Source: Nocardioides sp.
GTDB taxonomy: Bacteria; Actinomycetota; Actinomycetes; Propionibacteriales; Nocardioidaceae
Assembly: GCA_025965335.1 (NCBI GenBank)
Contig: JAOPXC010000370.1
Coordinates: forward strand, 2,397 to 66,396
Reading direction: 5' to 3'
Length of the DNA: 64,000 bases
Shown: in pieces, positions 18,246 to 26,227 of the stretch
Numbering within the stretch: position 1 is the stretch's first letter
How the letters are laid out: every line of letters begins with the position of its first letter
Program-made: the position numbers and the translations under genes
Notes under the pieces: generated by a model
Seen by the model: only the letters and a program-made list of their open reading frames with translations
Database searches by the model: none
Told to the model about the DNA's origin: nothing

Positions 18246-18302
18246 CCAGCCCTAGCCCCGGGCGCCGTTCGTCTCCTGTCGGTAGCTCGGGGCTGGGGCT
18301 GG
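18246..18302 (+). terminator. Long GC stem-loop
   Basis: CCAGCCCTAGCCCCGGGC / GCTCGGGGCTGGGGCTGG imperfect inverted repeat in intergenic space. Confidence 0.55.
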
Positions 18303-18323
18303 CCCATGTTTACAGGAGCCCAC

Positions 18324-19463
18324 ATGAAGTTCGGTAAAGCACGCGCGGGGGCCTTCGCTGCTAGCTACACCCGCAAGCCCCGCGCGAACGGTGTCGCGTA
18401 CAACCCCCGCCAGGTCGCCGCCGCCTATAACTGCCCGATCAACCAGTTCGACGGCACCGGCGTCACCGTCGGCATCGTCGAGCTCGGCGGCGGGTACAAC
18501 CCCGCCGACCTGGTGGCGATGGCGCTCAAGGCGAACGTCACCGTTGTTGGTGTCGACGGGGCCACCTCCAAGTCCGACGGCCCCAACGGCGCGGACGGTG
18601 AGGTGATGCTGGACGTCGAGGTTGTCGCGGCGGTCGCCCCGGGTGCCAAGCAACGCGTCTACTTCGCCCCGAACACCGACCAGGGGTTTCTGGACGCCAT
18701 TGTGCAGGCCGCCGCCGAGTGCGACTACGTGTCGATCTCCTGGGGTGGCCCGGAGACCTCGTGGAGTAAGAAGACCGTCGCTGCCTACGCCGCCGCGTTC
18801 GCCGCCGCCCGAGCCAAGGGTGTGACCGTGTTCGCGGCGTCCGGTGACTCCGGCAGCACCGACGGCACCCGCTCCAACACCACCGACTACCCGGCATCGG
18901 ACCCGTCCGTGGTCGGCTGTGGTGGCACGAAGCTGCTCCTCAACACCGACGGCACCCGCGCGTCGGAGGTCACTTGGGACGAGAACGACACCCAGTCCGC
19001 GACCGGTGGTGGGGTGTCGAAGCTGTTCCCCGGTCGACAGGTGCCTGACGTCGCCGGCAATGCCGACCCGGTCACCGGTTACTTGGTCAGTGTCGACGGG
19101 CAGTCCTTCCCGATCGGTGGCACCTCGGCTGTGGCCCCGTTGTACGCGGGCATGGCGGCGGTGCTGCGACAGGCCTACGGCAAGTCCTGGGATTTCCTTA
19201 ACACGGTTGTCAGCAATCCGACGATCTGCTTCGACGTCACGATCGGCGACAACGGCGGCTACAAGGCCGGCCCCGGCCGCGACCAGGTGACCGGGTTCGG
19301 CGTGGTCGACATGGGCAAGCTCCTCGCGGTCCTGCAAGGCGGTGGCCCCGTGGTCACCCCGCCGCCGGTGGTTACTCCGCCGTCGACTGATGCGGTTGCA
19401 CTGCTGGTCAGCATCGAGACGCAGATCGCGGCGTTCCTCGCCGCACAGACACACGGTCACTAA
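18324..19463 (+). CDS. S53 (sedolisin/kumamolisin-like) serine peptidase, no prodomain
   Basis: EVMLDVE (catalytic Glu/Asp), SISWG, AASGDSG (oxyanion Asp), R.VPDVA, GGTSAVAP (Ser), DVT.G.N...D.VTGFG Ca site. Confidence 0.95.
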   Translation: MKFGKARAGAFAASYTRKPRANGVAYNPRQVAAAYNCPINQFDGTGVTVGIVELGGGYNPADLVAMALKANVTVVGVDGATSKSDGPNGADGEVMLDVEVVAAVAPGAKQRVYFAPNTDQGFLDAIVQAAAECDYVSISWGGPETSWSKKTVAAYAAAFAAARAKGVTVFAASGDSGSTDGTRSNTTDYPASDPSVVGCGGTKLLLNTDGTRASEVTWDENDTQSATGGGVSKLFPGRQVPDVAGNADPVTGYLVSVDGQSFPIGGTSAVAPLYAGMAAVLRQAYGKSWDFLNTVVSNPTICFDVTIGDNGGYKAGPGRDQVTGFGVVDMGKLLAVLQGGGPVVTPPPVVTPPSTDAVALLVSIETQIAAFLAAQTHGH

Positions 19464-19465
19464 TC

Positions 19466-20587
19466 ATGTCGGACTGGAAGTGGCATCCGGAGCGCGCCGA
19501 AGGTGACAGGTGGGTCGAAGCCGGCGCCCCGGAGCCGGAGACGACACTCCTGTCTGCCGCTACTCCAGCGGACATCTTGACCGCCGGCGGCATCTTGCGG
19601 GCGACCGAGGTTGTCGAGCTCGCGGCGGCGGCTGGGTTGGACCTGGCCGCCGCCGCTGTCGTCCTGCTCAAGGAGTCGGGCGGCGGCCGGAATGTGTGGG
19701 GTCACGACGGTGTCATCGTCGCCCCCAACACCTACATCAAGGGCGCCGAGGTCACCGAGCAGGCATACCGGGCCTATCTCCAGGCGGTCACCGCTGGGCG
19801 AGCCGGTCGGCAGGGCTGCGGCCCGATGCAGCTCACCTGGAGCGGGTACCAGGCCCAAGCCGACGCTCTGGGCGGCTGCTGGGACTGGCGCAACAACGTC
19901 ACCGTCGGCTTCCAAGCCCTGGCCCAGCACATCCGCAACAGCGGGCTGCGCGGCGGCTTCCGCGACTACAACGGCTCCGGCCCGGCGGCTGAGGCGTACG
20001 CGACTGACGCGATGACGAAGTACGACGTGTGGCGAGTTCGTCTCGGAACACCCGACCCGGCAGGGGCTGGCGATATGACACCTGCGGATAGTCAGAAGCT
20101 CGACGAAATCCACCAGCAGCTCCTCGGCGTAATGGCCGCGTGGGGCGGTGGGGTCACCGACGCACAGGGCACCCCCTACAACGCGTTGCAGTTCGCCATG
20201 CGGACCAACGTCGAGATCCACCAGACCGCCCTGATGTGCCAGCAGCTGCTCAAGCGGGCGCAGGCGAAACCACCGGGGATGCTGCGATCGGACGTGAACG
20301 AGATCGCCGCCACGATTGCGCAGCACCCGGCCATCGCGGCGCTGGTCGACACGGGGGAGATGACGACGGTCTCCTTCTGGAAGGCGACTGCTGAACGGCT
20401 TGTGCGCGCGTTCGCGGTGTCGATGCTGTCGCTGCTCGGCGCCGGCGTCATCGACATCGTCCACGTTCCTTGGACCACCGACCTCAGCATCTCCGGCGGT
20501 GCGGCCGTGGCGTCGCTGCTGGCGTCGCTGGTCGCGTCGCAGGTCGGAGATCCCGGATCCCCGTCGTTCCTGAAGGGAAAGCAGTGA
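19466..20587 (+). CDS. Endolysin (lysozyme-like fold) fused in frame to holin
   Basis: KESGGG.NVWGHD, G.GPMQLT, YNGSG.AA..YA motifs; hydrophobic holin C-terminus. Confidence 0.85.
   Translation: MSDWKWHPERAEGDRWVEAGAPEPETTLLSAATPADILTAGGILRATEVVELAAAAGLDLAAAAVVLLKESGGGRNVWGHDGVIVAPNTYIKGAEVTEQAYRAYLQAVTAGRAGRQGCGPMQLTWSGYQAQADALGGCWDWRNNVTVGFQALAQHIRNSGLRGGFRDYNGSGPAAEAYATDAMTKYDVWRVRLGTPDPAGAGDMTPADSQKLDEIHQQLLGVMAAWGGGVTDAQGTPYNALQFAMRTNVEIHQTALMCQQLLKRAQAKPPGMLRSDVNEIAATIAQHPAIAALVDTGEMTTVSFWKATAERLVRAFAVSMLSLLGAGVIDIVHVPWTTDLSISGGAAVASLLASLVASQVGDPGSPSFLKGKQ
20360..20587 (+). CDS. r1t-type holin (internal in-frame start)
   Basis: GGGGGAG immediately before ATG; FWKATAER.VR.FA, V.W...LS....AA..SLL.S, G..GSPS motifs. 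Confidence 0.75.
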   Translation: MTTVSFWKATAERLVRAFAVSMLSLLGAGVIDIVHVPWTTDLSISGGAAVASLLASLVASQVGDPGSPSFLKGKQ

Positions 20588-20721
20588 GTGTCCGTCGCGA
20601 CAAACGGTAGTTAATGATCGCCGGCTGACGTCGCGAAAGATGGTCTGACCTGGGAAAATAAGAGCAAGAGCCCCGGCGCTGCGCCAACAGCCCGGGGTGT
20701 GACCGACTAGTTGGAGTCGAT

Positions 20722-21312
20722 ATGTCTGAGGTTAGTCGCGACCAAGAGCGCTGGCTACCAGTGGTCGGCCATGAAGGCCACTACGAAGTTTCCGATATGG
20801 GTCGCGTGCGCAGCGTTGACCGCGTGATACCTCGACGAGCTGGCGGCCCTCAGAGGCTTCGTGGCCACGTGATGAAGACTCCCGTGTCCGAAGATCGTTA
20901 CCGCATAGTCAAGCTAGGCAACGGCACCGGGCGCTACCGGACGCATTGGGTTCACAAGCTCGTGCTCACAGCCTTCATTGGGTCGAGGCCGGACGGCATG
21001 GTCGCCTGCCACGGACCCGGTGGTTCTCTAGACAACCGGCTGTCCAACCTTCGCTGGGATACCCAATCGGGGAACCTTCACGATATGCGCTTGCACGGAA
21101 CTAATCCCCAGGTAAATAAGAGTCGTTGCACTCGCAAGCACCTATTGGTCGAACCGAACCTGAGGGGCGATGTTCCGGATGGGCATCGTGGATGCCTTTC
21201 TTGCCACCGCGCACTTGCCGCAGTCAGATACGCACGGAACCACGGAAGGGCCTTGGACGTGATTCTCGTTTCTGATGAGAAGTATCGGCAGATCATGGGG
21301 GATAAGACATGA
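20722..21312 (+). CDS. NUMOD4-HNH homing endonuclease
   Basis: ERWLPVVG.EG.YEVSD.GRVRS, VHKLV..AF.G..P.G...CH, DNRLSNLRWDT.S.N..D. Confidence 0.95.
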   Translation: MSEVSRDQERWLPVVGHEGHYEVSDMGRVRSVDRVIPRRAGGPQRLRGHVMKTPVSEDRYRIVKLGNGTGRYRTHWVHKLVLTAFIGSRPDGMVACHGPGGSLDNRLSNLRWDTQSGNLHDMRLHGTNPQVNKSRCTRKHLLVEPNLRGDVPDGHRGCLSCHRALAAVRYARNHGRALDVILVSDEKYRQIMGDKT

Positions 21313-21695
21313 GCGTCCGTGTGTATCCGGCCGTGGTGGTGTCCGTGCACGACGGCGACACGGCAACCGTCTCCGTCGACCAAGGTTGGTCGAACTCCAG
21401 GCTGTGCGTCATCCGGCTGTGGGGGATGAACGCGATCGAGCTCGCGCAGCCGGGCGGCCCGGAAGCCCGCGACCACTTGATGGCGATGCTGCCGGTCGGG
21501 CTGCCGGTCACCCTGATCTCTCACGGTTGGGACAAGTACGGCGACCGGACCGACGGGCAGATCATCCTGCCGAACGGTGTCGACACCGGCATCCAGATGA
21601 TCGCCGACGGGTACGCCGCCGCCTGGACCGGCAAAGGCCCGCGCCCGGTACCGCCGTGGCCGATCCCAGTTCCCGCTTCGAAGGAAGGCGCCTGA
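21309..21695 (+). CDS. Thermonuclease (SNase) family protein
   Basis: VHDGDT, IRL.G.NA.E, DKYG.R motifs. Confidence 0.9.
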   Translation: MSVRVYPAVVVSVHDGDTATVSVDQGWSNSRLCVIRLWGMNAIELAQPGGPEARDHLMAMLPVGLPVTLISHGWDKYGDRTDGQIILPNGVDTGIQMIADGYAAAWTGKGPRPVPPWPIPVPASKEGA

Positions 21696-21696
21696 C

Positions 21697-21825
21697 ATGT
21701 CCATCTCTCTGCTGCTCGCCGTGATCGCCCTGCTGCTGGCCGTGTTCAGCTTCGTGCCGGTGGCGCACAACTACCCGCTGCTCGCGGTCTCGGTAATCCT
21801 GCTTGCCATCGCTGTGATCGTCTGA
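21697..21825 (+). CDS. Small two-TM membrane protein
   Basis: MSISLLLAVIALLLAVFSFVPVAHNYPLLAVSVILLAIAVIV; AAGGAAGG RBS. Confidence 0.7.
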   Translation: MSISLLLAVIALLLAVFSFVPVAHNYPLLAVSVILLAIAVIV

Positions 21826-22019
21826 TGACCGGCATCTTGCTGTGCGTGCTGGCGTTGGTCGTGGCGATCGTGTCGCTGGTGTTGTGCCTGATCCGCAACA
21901 GACTGGCCGCCGTACGTGACTGGCCGTTCTACCTGATCGTCGCCGTGATTGTCACTGAGGTTGCCCTGCTCTGGGGCAACATCGGGATCATCTACAGCCA
22001 CGCCGGCTGGACCGGCTAA
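21825..22019 (+). CDS. Small two-TM membrane protein
   Basis: Hydrophobic; TGATG and TAATG overlaps. Confidence 0.7.
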   Translation: MTGILLCVLALVVAIVSLVLCLIRNRLAAVRDWPFYLIVAVIVTEVALLWGNIGIIYSHAGWTG

Positions 22020-22390
22020 TGGCCGCTGTCAAAGTCGATCTGACCATCGAGCAGGGCTCGGACTGGCCGGGGTTGGCGTTTCCCATCTTCGACTCCGAAG
22101 GCTCCCCCTACGACCTGTCCGGGTGCAGCGCTCGGGGTCAGATCCGGCGGGTGGCGAACTCGGACCCGGCGCTGTTCACCTGGTCCACCTCCCCGGCCAC
22201 CGGCGAAGGTTTGATCACCCTCGCCGGGAACATCCTCACGATCCGCGTTTTGGGTTCTGAGTCCACGTCGTGGGACTGGAACACCGGGCGCTACGACATC
22301 CAACTGACCAACCCGGCGGCACCCGTGGGACAGCGTGTATTCCGCATCGCTGATGGTGCCGTGTACCTCGACCTGGAAGTGACGAGATGA
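22019..22390 (+). CDS. Beta-sandwich virion protein (BppU N-terminal-like)
   Basis: DL.IEQG.D, P.DLSG.SAR.QIR, G.YD.QL, R...G.V....EVTR. Confidence 0.75.
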   Translation: MAAVKVDLTIEQGSDWPGLAFPIFDSEGSPYDLSGCSARGQIRRVANSDPALFTWSTSPATGEGLITLAGNILTIRVLGSESTSWDWNTGRYDIQLTNPAAPVGQRVFRIADGAVYLDLEVTR

Positions 22391-22602
22391 GCAACCTGGT
22401 ATCCGCGTGCCTCGGCTGTGGCCAAGAGGACGACCACCCCAAGCACGTTATCGCTGTGGACCCGACCAATCTGGTCCGGTGGCATTACGACTGCCATGAC
22501 GCGATCGCTGGATGTCCCGATGTTTGCGCTCCGATCGTGAAGAGCGCGAAGGGCAAGACCGGGGAAGAACTCCGGACTCACCTCATGTTAAAGAAGGGCT
22601 GA
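22387..22602 (+). CDS. Small Cys/His hypothetical protein
   Basis: C.GCGQ.DDHPKH...H.DC motif. Confidence 0.7.
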   Translation: MSNLVSACLGCGQEDDHPKHVIAVDPTNLVRWHYDCHDAIAGCPDVCAPIVKSAKGKTGEELRTHLMLKKG

Positions 22603-22608
22603 CCTGTC

Positions 22609-22989
22609 ATGGGATCAATCGTTGTCCTCGAGGCGAACCGTCTGCTTGACGCCAGCCTGAGCACCACCGCCTACACCGCTCCGACCACAGGCATGAATCT
22701 GGCACTCGTCACCGTTATCGGCACCAATGCCGCCGCCGGTACTGAGGTCACCGGTGGTTCCTACGCACGGCAGCCCATTGCGTTCGGAGCTGCGTCGGCG
22801 GGCTCCGCCGCCAACTCGGGCGTCATCACCTTCGCTGCCATGCCGGCCGTCACCGTTGTCGGTATCGACATCTACGACCGCAATGGAACTCCGCGTCGTG
22901 CGTGGTGGGGCACCATCACGAACAAGACCCTCGGCTCAGGCGACACTCTGTCCTTCGCTATCGGTTCGATCACGATCGGAATGACCTGA
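22609..22989 (+). CDS. Tail fibre-associated small protein
   Basis: GTEVTGGSYARQ..F, N...I.F..MP, GDTL.F..G.I motifs. Confidence 0.75.
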   Translation: MGSIVVLEANRLLDASLSTTAYTAPTTGMNLALVTVIGTNAAAGTEVTGGSYARQPIAFGAASAGSAANSGVITFAAMPAVTVVGIDIYDRNGTPRRAWWGTITNKTLGSGDTLSFAIGSITIGMT

Positions 22990-22990
22990 T

Positions 22991-23302
22991 ATGGCAATCA
23001 CGAACTACCAGGCCGTCTCGTCCCCGAGCCACGGATTCGCTGTACCAGTGGCCGCCACTGGTTCAACGTTCGTTCGCAACATGGGGCCAGCCCCCGTGTT
23101 CCTTGGCGACTCCGGGAATGGTTCCACGATTCCGGCACAGGTCATTTCTAGCGGTTCAGGGTTCCCCCTGATGCCAGGCGAGATGATCGAGCTGAAGGCC
23201 GGAACCACGGGAGACTCTTGGCTCACCTTCAACACGGGGCCTACTCCGGACGATCTCAGCAACACGCCAAGTGCGGTCGTTCGCGTGATGGTCATCAGCT
23301 AG
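22991..23302 (+). CDS. Small beta-rich hypothetical protein
   Basis: VRN.G...VFLG....GFPL.PGE motif. Confidence 0.7.
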   Translation: MAITNYQAVSSPSHGFAVPVAATGSTFVRNMGPAPVFLGDSGNGSTIPAQVISSGSGFPLMPGEMIELKAGTTGDSWLTFNTGPTPDDLSNTPSAVVRVMVIS

Positions 23303-23303
23303 A

Positions 23304-23366
23304 CAGGTGCTGGGATCGGGCGACACATTGAGCTTCGCCATTGGAGCCATCACCATCTCGATGTAA
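23304..23366 (+). pseudogene. Orphan duplicate of the 3' end of gene 22609..22989
   Basis: Encodes QVLGSGDTLSFAIGAITISM* versus KTLGSGDTLSFAIGSITIGMT*. Confidence 0.8.
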
Positions 23367-23420
23367 CTCTGAGTAGTTGCCCCGGTCGCTGTTCGTCGTT
23401 GAGGAAGGTGGCTGGGGCTG

Positions 23421-24119
23421 ATGGCGATAACCCCCGTTGGGAGCCTCAGGGATTCGTATGCCACGAGCCAGGCGACCCTGTCGGTGACGCCGGTAAACGT
23501 CGGCGACGCGTGGCTGTTGTCGGTCTTCATTGTCAACACCAGCATTTCTACGACGGCGGTGTCTGGCGGTGGGGCTACTGGCTGGACGAAGGTCGCCCCG
23601 ACCACGGCGGCCTCTAACGGTGTCGGCAACTTCGAACTCTGGCTGGGCACAATCGGGACCGCTGGTGCGTCGACGATTACTTTGACATATTCGGCGTCGA
23701 TCACCGGTACTGATGTTGAGCTGGATGCGCAGGAGTTTTCGTCTGGGCTGGGCGCCGGCACGGTGTGGGCTAAGGACGGCAGCCAGGCGGGGTTCAATAA
23801 CAACGCATCGTCGACGACGATCGCGTATCCGACGTTGGTGCCGGCCGGTTCGGGTGAGCTGTATTTCGGCTTCATGATCAGTTACGCGGGCGGCACCAGT
23901 GCTGGCCCCACAAGTGGGTATTCCTACTTCACGACCTCGAACGGTGATCAGGTCGCGTACAACGGGAACATTTCGGCTAGTACGTCTCCGACTAGCTCGA
24001 CGCCCTCGGCAGGCATTTCCTTCGGCGACGGGGTACTGATCACCGCAAGTGTCGCCGCCACGGCTTCCCCCCCGTATCCGGGTTTGCTGGTGTCTCGTCT
24101 TCGCCCCTACTTCGGTTAG
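23421..24119 (+). CDS. Beta-rich putative receptor/adhesion domain protein
   Basis: Ser/Thr/Gly-rich; paralogous to N-terminus of 26228..29062. Confidence 0.75.
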   Translation: MAITPVGSLRDSYATSQATLSVTPVNVGDAWLLSVFIVNTSISTTAVSGGGATGWTKVAPTTAASNGVGNFELWLGTIGTAGASTITLTYSASITGTDVELDAQEFSSGLGAGTVWAKDGSQAGFNNNASSTTIAYPTLVPAGSGELYFGFMISYAGGTSAGPTSGYSYFTTSNGDQVAYNGNISASTSPTSSTPSAGISFGDGVLITASVAATASPPYPGLLVSRLRPYFG

Positions 24120-24127
24120 GTATTGGC

Positions 24128-24592
24128 ATGGCTATGCAGACCGCGCAGTTCAACGGGGTGGCGATCACCGCGCAGCAGGATTTGTTTCAACTGGTCCCGC
24201 CGTCGGGCAAGGCGGTGAAGATTTACATGGTGAAGTTCACGCAGACCACTGAGGTGGGGGATGCGCAGGAGGAGAACCTCAGCATTCTGTTCAAGCGGGG
24301 TCAAACCACCACGGGTTCGGGTGGGTCTACCCCGGCGATTGTGCCACTGTCCGGACAGGATGCTGTGGGTACCACTGTTGTGTTGGCCAATAACACCACC
24401 AAGGCGACCGCCGGCACGATCGTCACCTTCGACTCTGACGTGTGGTACGAGCGGTCGCCGTACATTTGGCTGCCCGTCCCGGAGGCGCGTCCGATCATCA
24501 GCGCCAGCGTCCGAATGACCATCGAACTCGCCACCACCCCCGCCGACTCAATCACCGCGAACGGATACATCCTCTTCGAAGAGCTGGGATAA
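24128..24592 (+). CDS. Putative virion protein
   Basis: QDLF.L...., TT.SGG.TP, P.PE.RP, FEELG end. Confidence 0.7.
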   Translation: MAMQTAQFNGVAITAQQDLFQLVPPSGKAVKIYMVKFTQTTEVGDAQEENLSILFKRGQTTTGSGGSTPAIVPLSGQDAVGTTVVLANNTTKATAGTIVTFDSDVWYERSPYIWLPVPEARPIISASVRMTIELATTPADSITANGYILFEELG

Positions 24593-24596
24593 CCCC

Positions 24597-26225
24597 ATGA
24601 CGGGTACCTACACGCCGTACCCGTACTCGAACATCCCCTACCAAACAGCGATACGACAACGGCAGGTACCGCCGTCGTCCGGGGTCACTGTGCAGGCCGG
24701 TACCGCGACTCTGTCGGCGACCACCTCCGTTGTCGCCACAGGCGTAGACCTGGTTGCTGGTGCTGCCACGCTCAGCGCGTCCACCTCAGTAGCGGCAACC
24801 GGCGTCGCTACCACGGCGGGCTCAGCGTCGCTGTCAGCGGCCACCACCGTTACCGCCACCGGGCTGCAGATCGCTCCGGGCGCCGCGACTCTCGGCGCAA
24901 CAACGTCGGTCAGTGCGACTGCGACGGGCGTCTATTTCCGGTCGACGGTCCTCGCTGCTACGACGTCGGTCACGGCCACCGGTCTGCAGATCGCGCCCGC
25001 CGTTGCCTCGCTAACCAGCGTCTCGTCGGTGACGGCTAACGCCACCGGCACGTACTTCCTGGCCGCCGCACTGGCGGCTACGACGTCAGTCGGCGCCACA
25101 GGTGTCGATATTGCCCCGGGTGCCGCGACGCTGTCCGCGACCACGTCCGTTGCTGCTTCCGCGATGCAGACGTTCTTTGCCTCGGCAACTCTGGCCGCCT
25201 CGAGCGCGGTCACCGCCGCCGGTGTGCAGATCGCACCAGCTACGGCTGCCCTCGCGGCTGCCACGACTGTCACCGCGACCGGTGTGCGGGAACAGCCCGC
25301 CTCCGCAGCTCTCGCGGCGTCCACGTCCGTGACAGCCGCTGGGCTTGCTACCACGACCGGATCAGCGTCGATGACCGCCGTCACGTCGGTTACGGCGGAC
25401 ACGGCCGGATTCACCAGCGCTACCGCAGCCCTCACAGCGGTGACCGCTGTGTCCGCGACCGGCGTGGCGATCATGCCGGCCACCGCCGCGCTCAGCAGCA
25501 CTACTGCGGTGACCGCTGCCACCCTGGCCACCCTGGGTGCCGCAACTGCGCTCAGCGCGGCCACGGCGGTCACAGCGGACGCGGTCCGCGTGCAACCCGC
25601 AACGGCCACCCTGACCAGTACCTCGAACGTCGTCGCCACGGCGGTCATGACGGCCACCGCCACGGTGGCCCTGTCCGCGACCACGTCGGTCACCGCTGAC
25701 ACCGCCGGCGGTAGCTCGGGCACCGCAGCCCTGTCCGCGACCACGTCGGTGGCCGCGTCCGGTGTCGTCACCACCACTACGGCAGCCAGCCTCGGCGCGA
25801 CCACCACAGTCGGCGCCACCCCGGTCGGCACAACAGCGGGCGCCGCCACACTGAGCGCCACCACAACGGTGTCAGCGGTCGGAACGCTGCTGGTCGCGGC
25901 GGCGGCGTCGCTGTCGGCGGTCACCTCGCTCACCGCGAACGCGGCCAACGCCGGCAGTGCCACCCTGACCGCCGCCACCACCGTGGCAGCCCAGGCGTTC
26001 GCCGGCTTGGCGGCCACCGCCACGCTGGGCGCGGTCACCTCGGTCGCCGGCGCTGCCCAGTGGACCACCCAAGGCGCGGCGATGCTGCGTGCGGTCACCA
26101 TCGTGACCGTCCTGGTGCGCACCAACTGGACTGTCCGGCCAGGACAGCCCATTCCTGTGGCTGCTGTGCACGCGGGGGAGCCGACCGTGCTGGTCAGCCC
26201 GTTCGCCGTGTCCGTGGGGGCGTAG
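24597..26225 (+). CDS. Ala/Thr/Ser/Val 20-aa tandem repeat fibre-like protein 1
   Basis: About 24 units like AGTATLSATTSVVATGVDLV. Confidence 0.85.
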   Translation: MTGTYTPYPYSNIPYQTAIRQRQVPPSSGVTVQAGTATLSATTSVVATGVDLVAGAATLSASTSVAATGVATTAGSASLSAATTVTATGLQIAPGAATLGATTSVSATATGVYFRSTVLAATTSVTATGLQIAPAVASLTSVSSVTANATGTYFLAAALAATTSVGATGVDIAPGAATLSATTSVAASAMQTFFASATLAASSAVTAAGVQIAPATAALAAATTVTATGVREQPASAALAASTSVTAAGLATTTGSASMTAVTSVTADTAGFTSATAALTAVTAVSATGVAIMPATAALSSTTAVTAATLATLGAATALSAATAVTADAVRVQPATATLTSTSNVVATAVMTATATVALSATTSVTADTAGGSSGTAALSATTSVAASGVVTTTTAASLGATTTVGATPVGTTAGAATLSATTTVSAVGTLLVAAAASLSAVTSLTANAANAGSATLTAATTVAAQAFAGLAATATLGAVTSVAGAAQWTTQGAAMLRAVTIVTVLVRTNWTVRPGQPIPVAAVHAGEPTVLVSPFAVSVGA

Positions 26226-26227
26226 CC

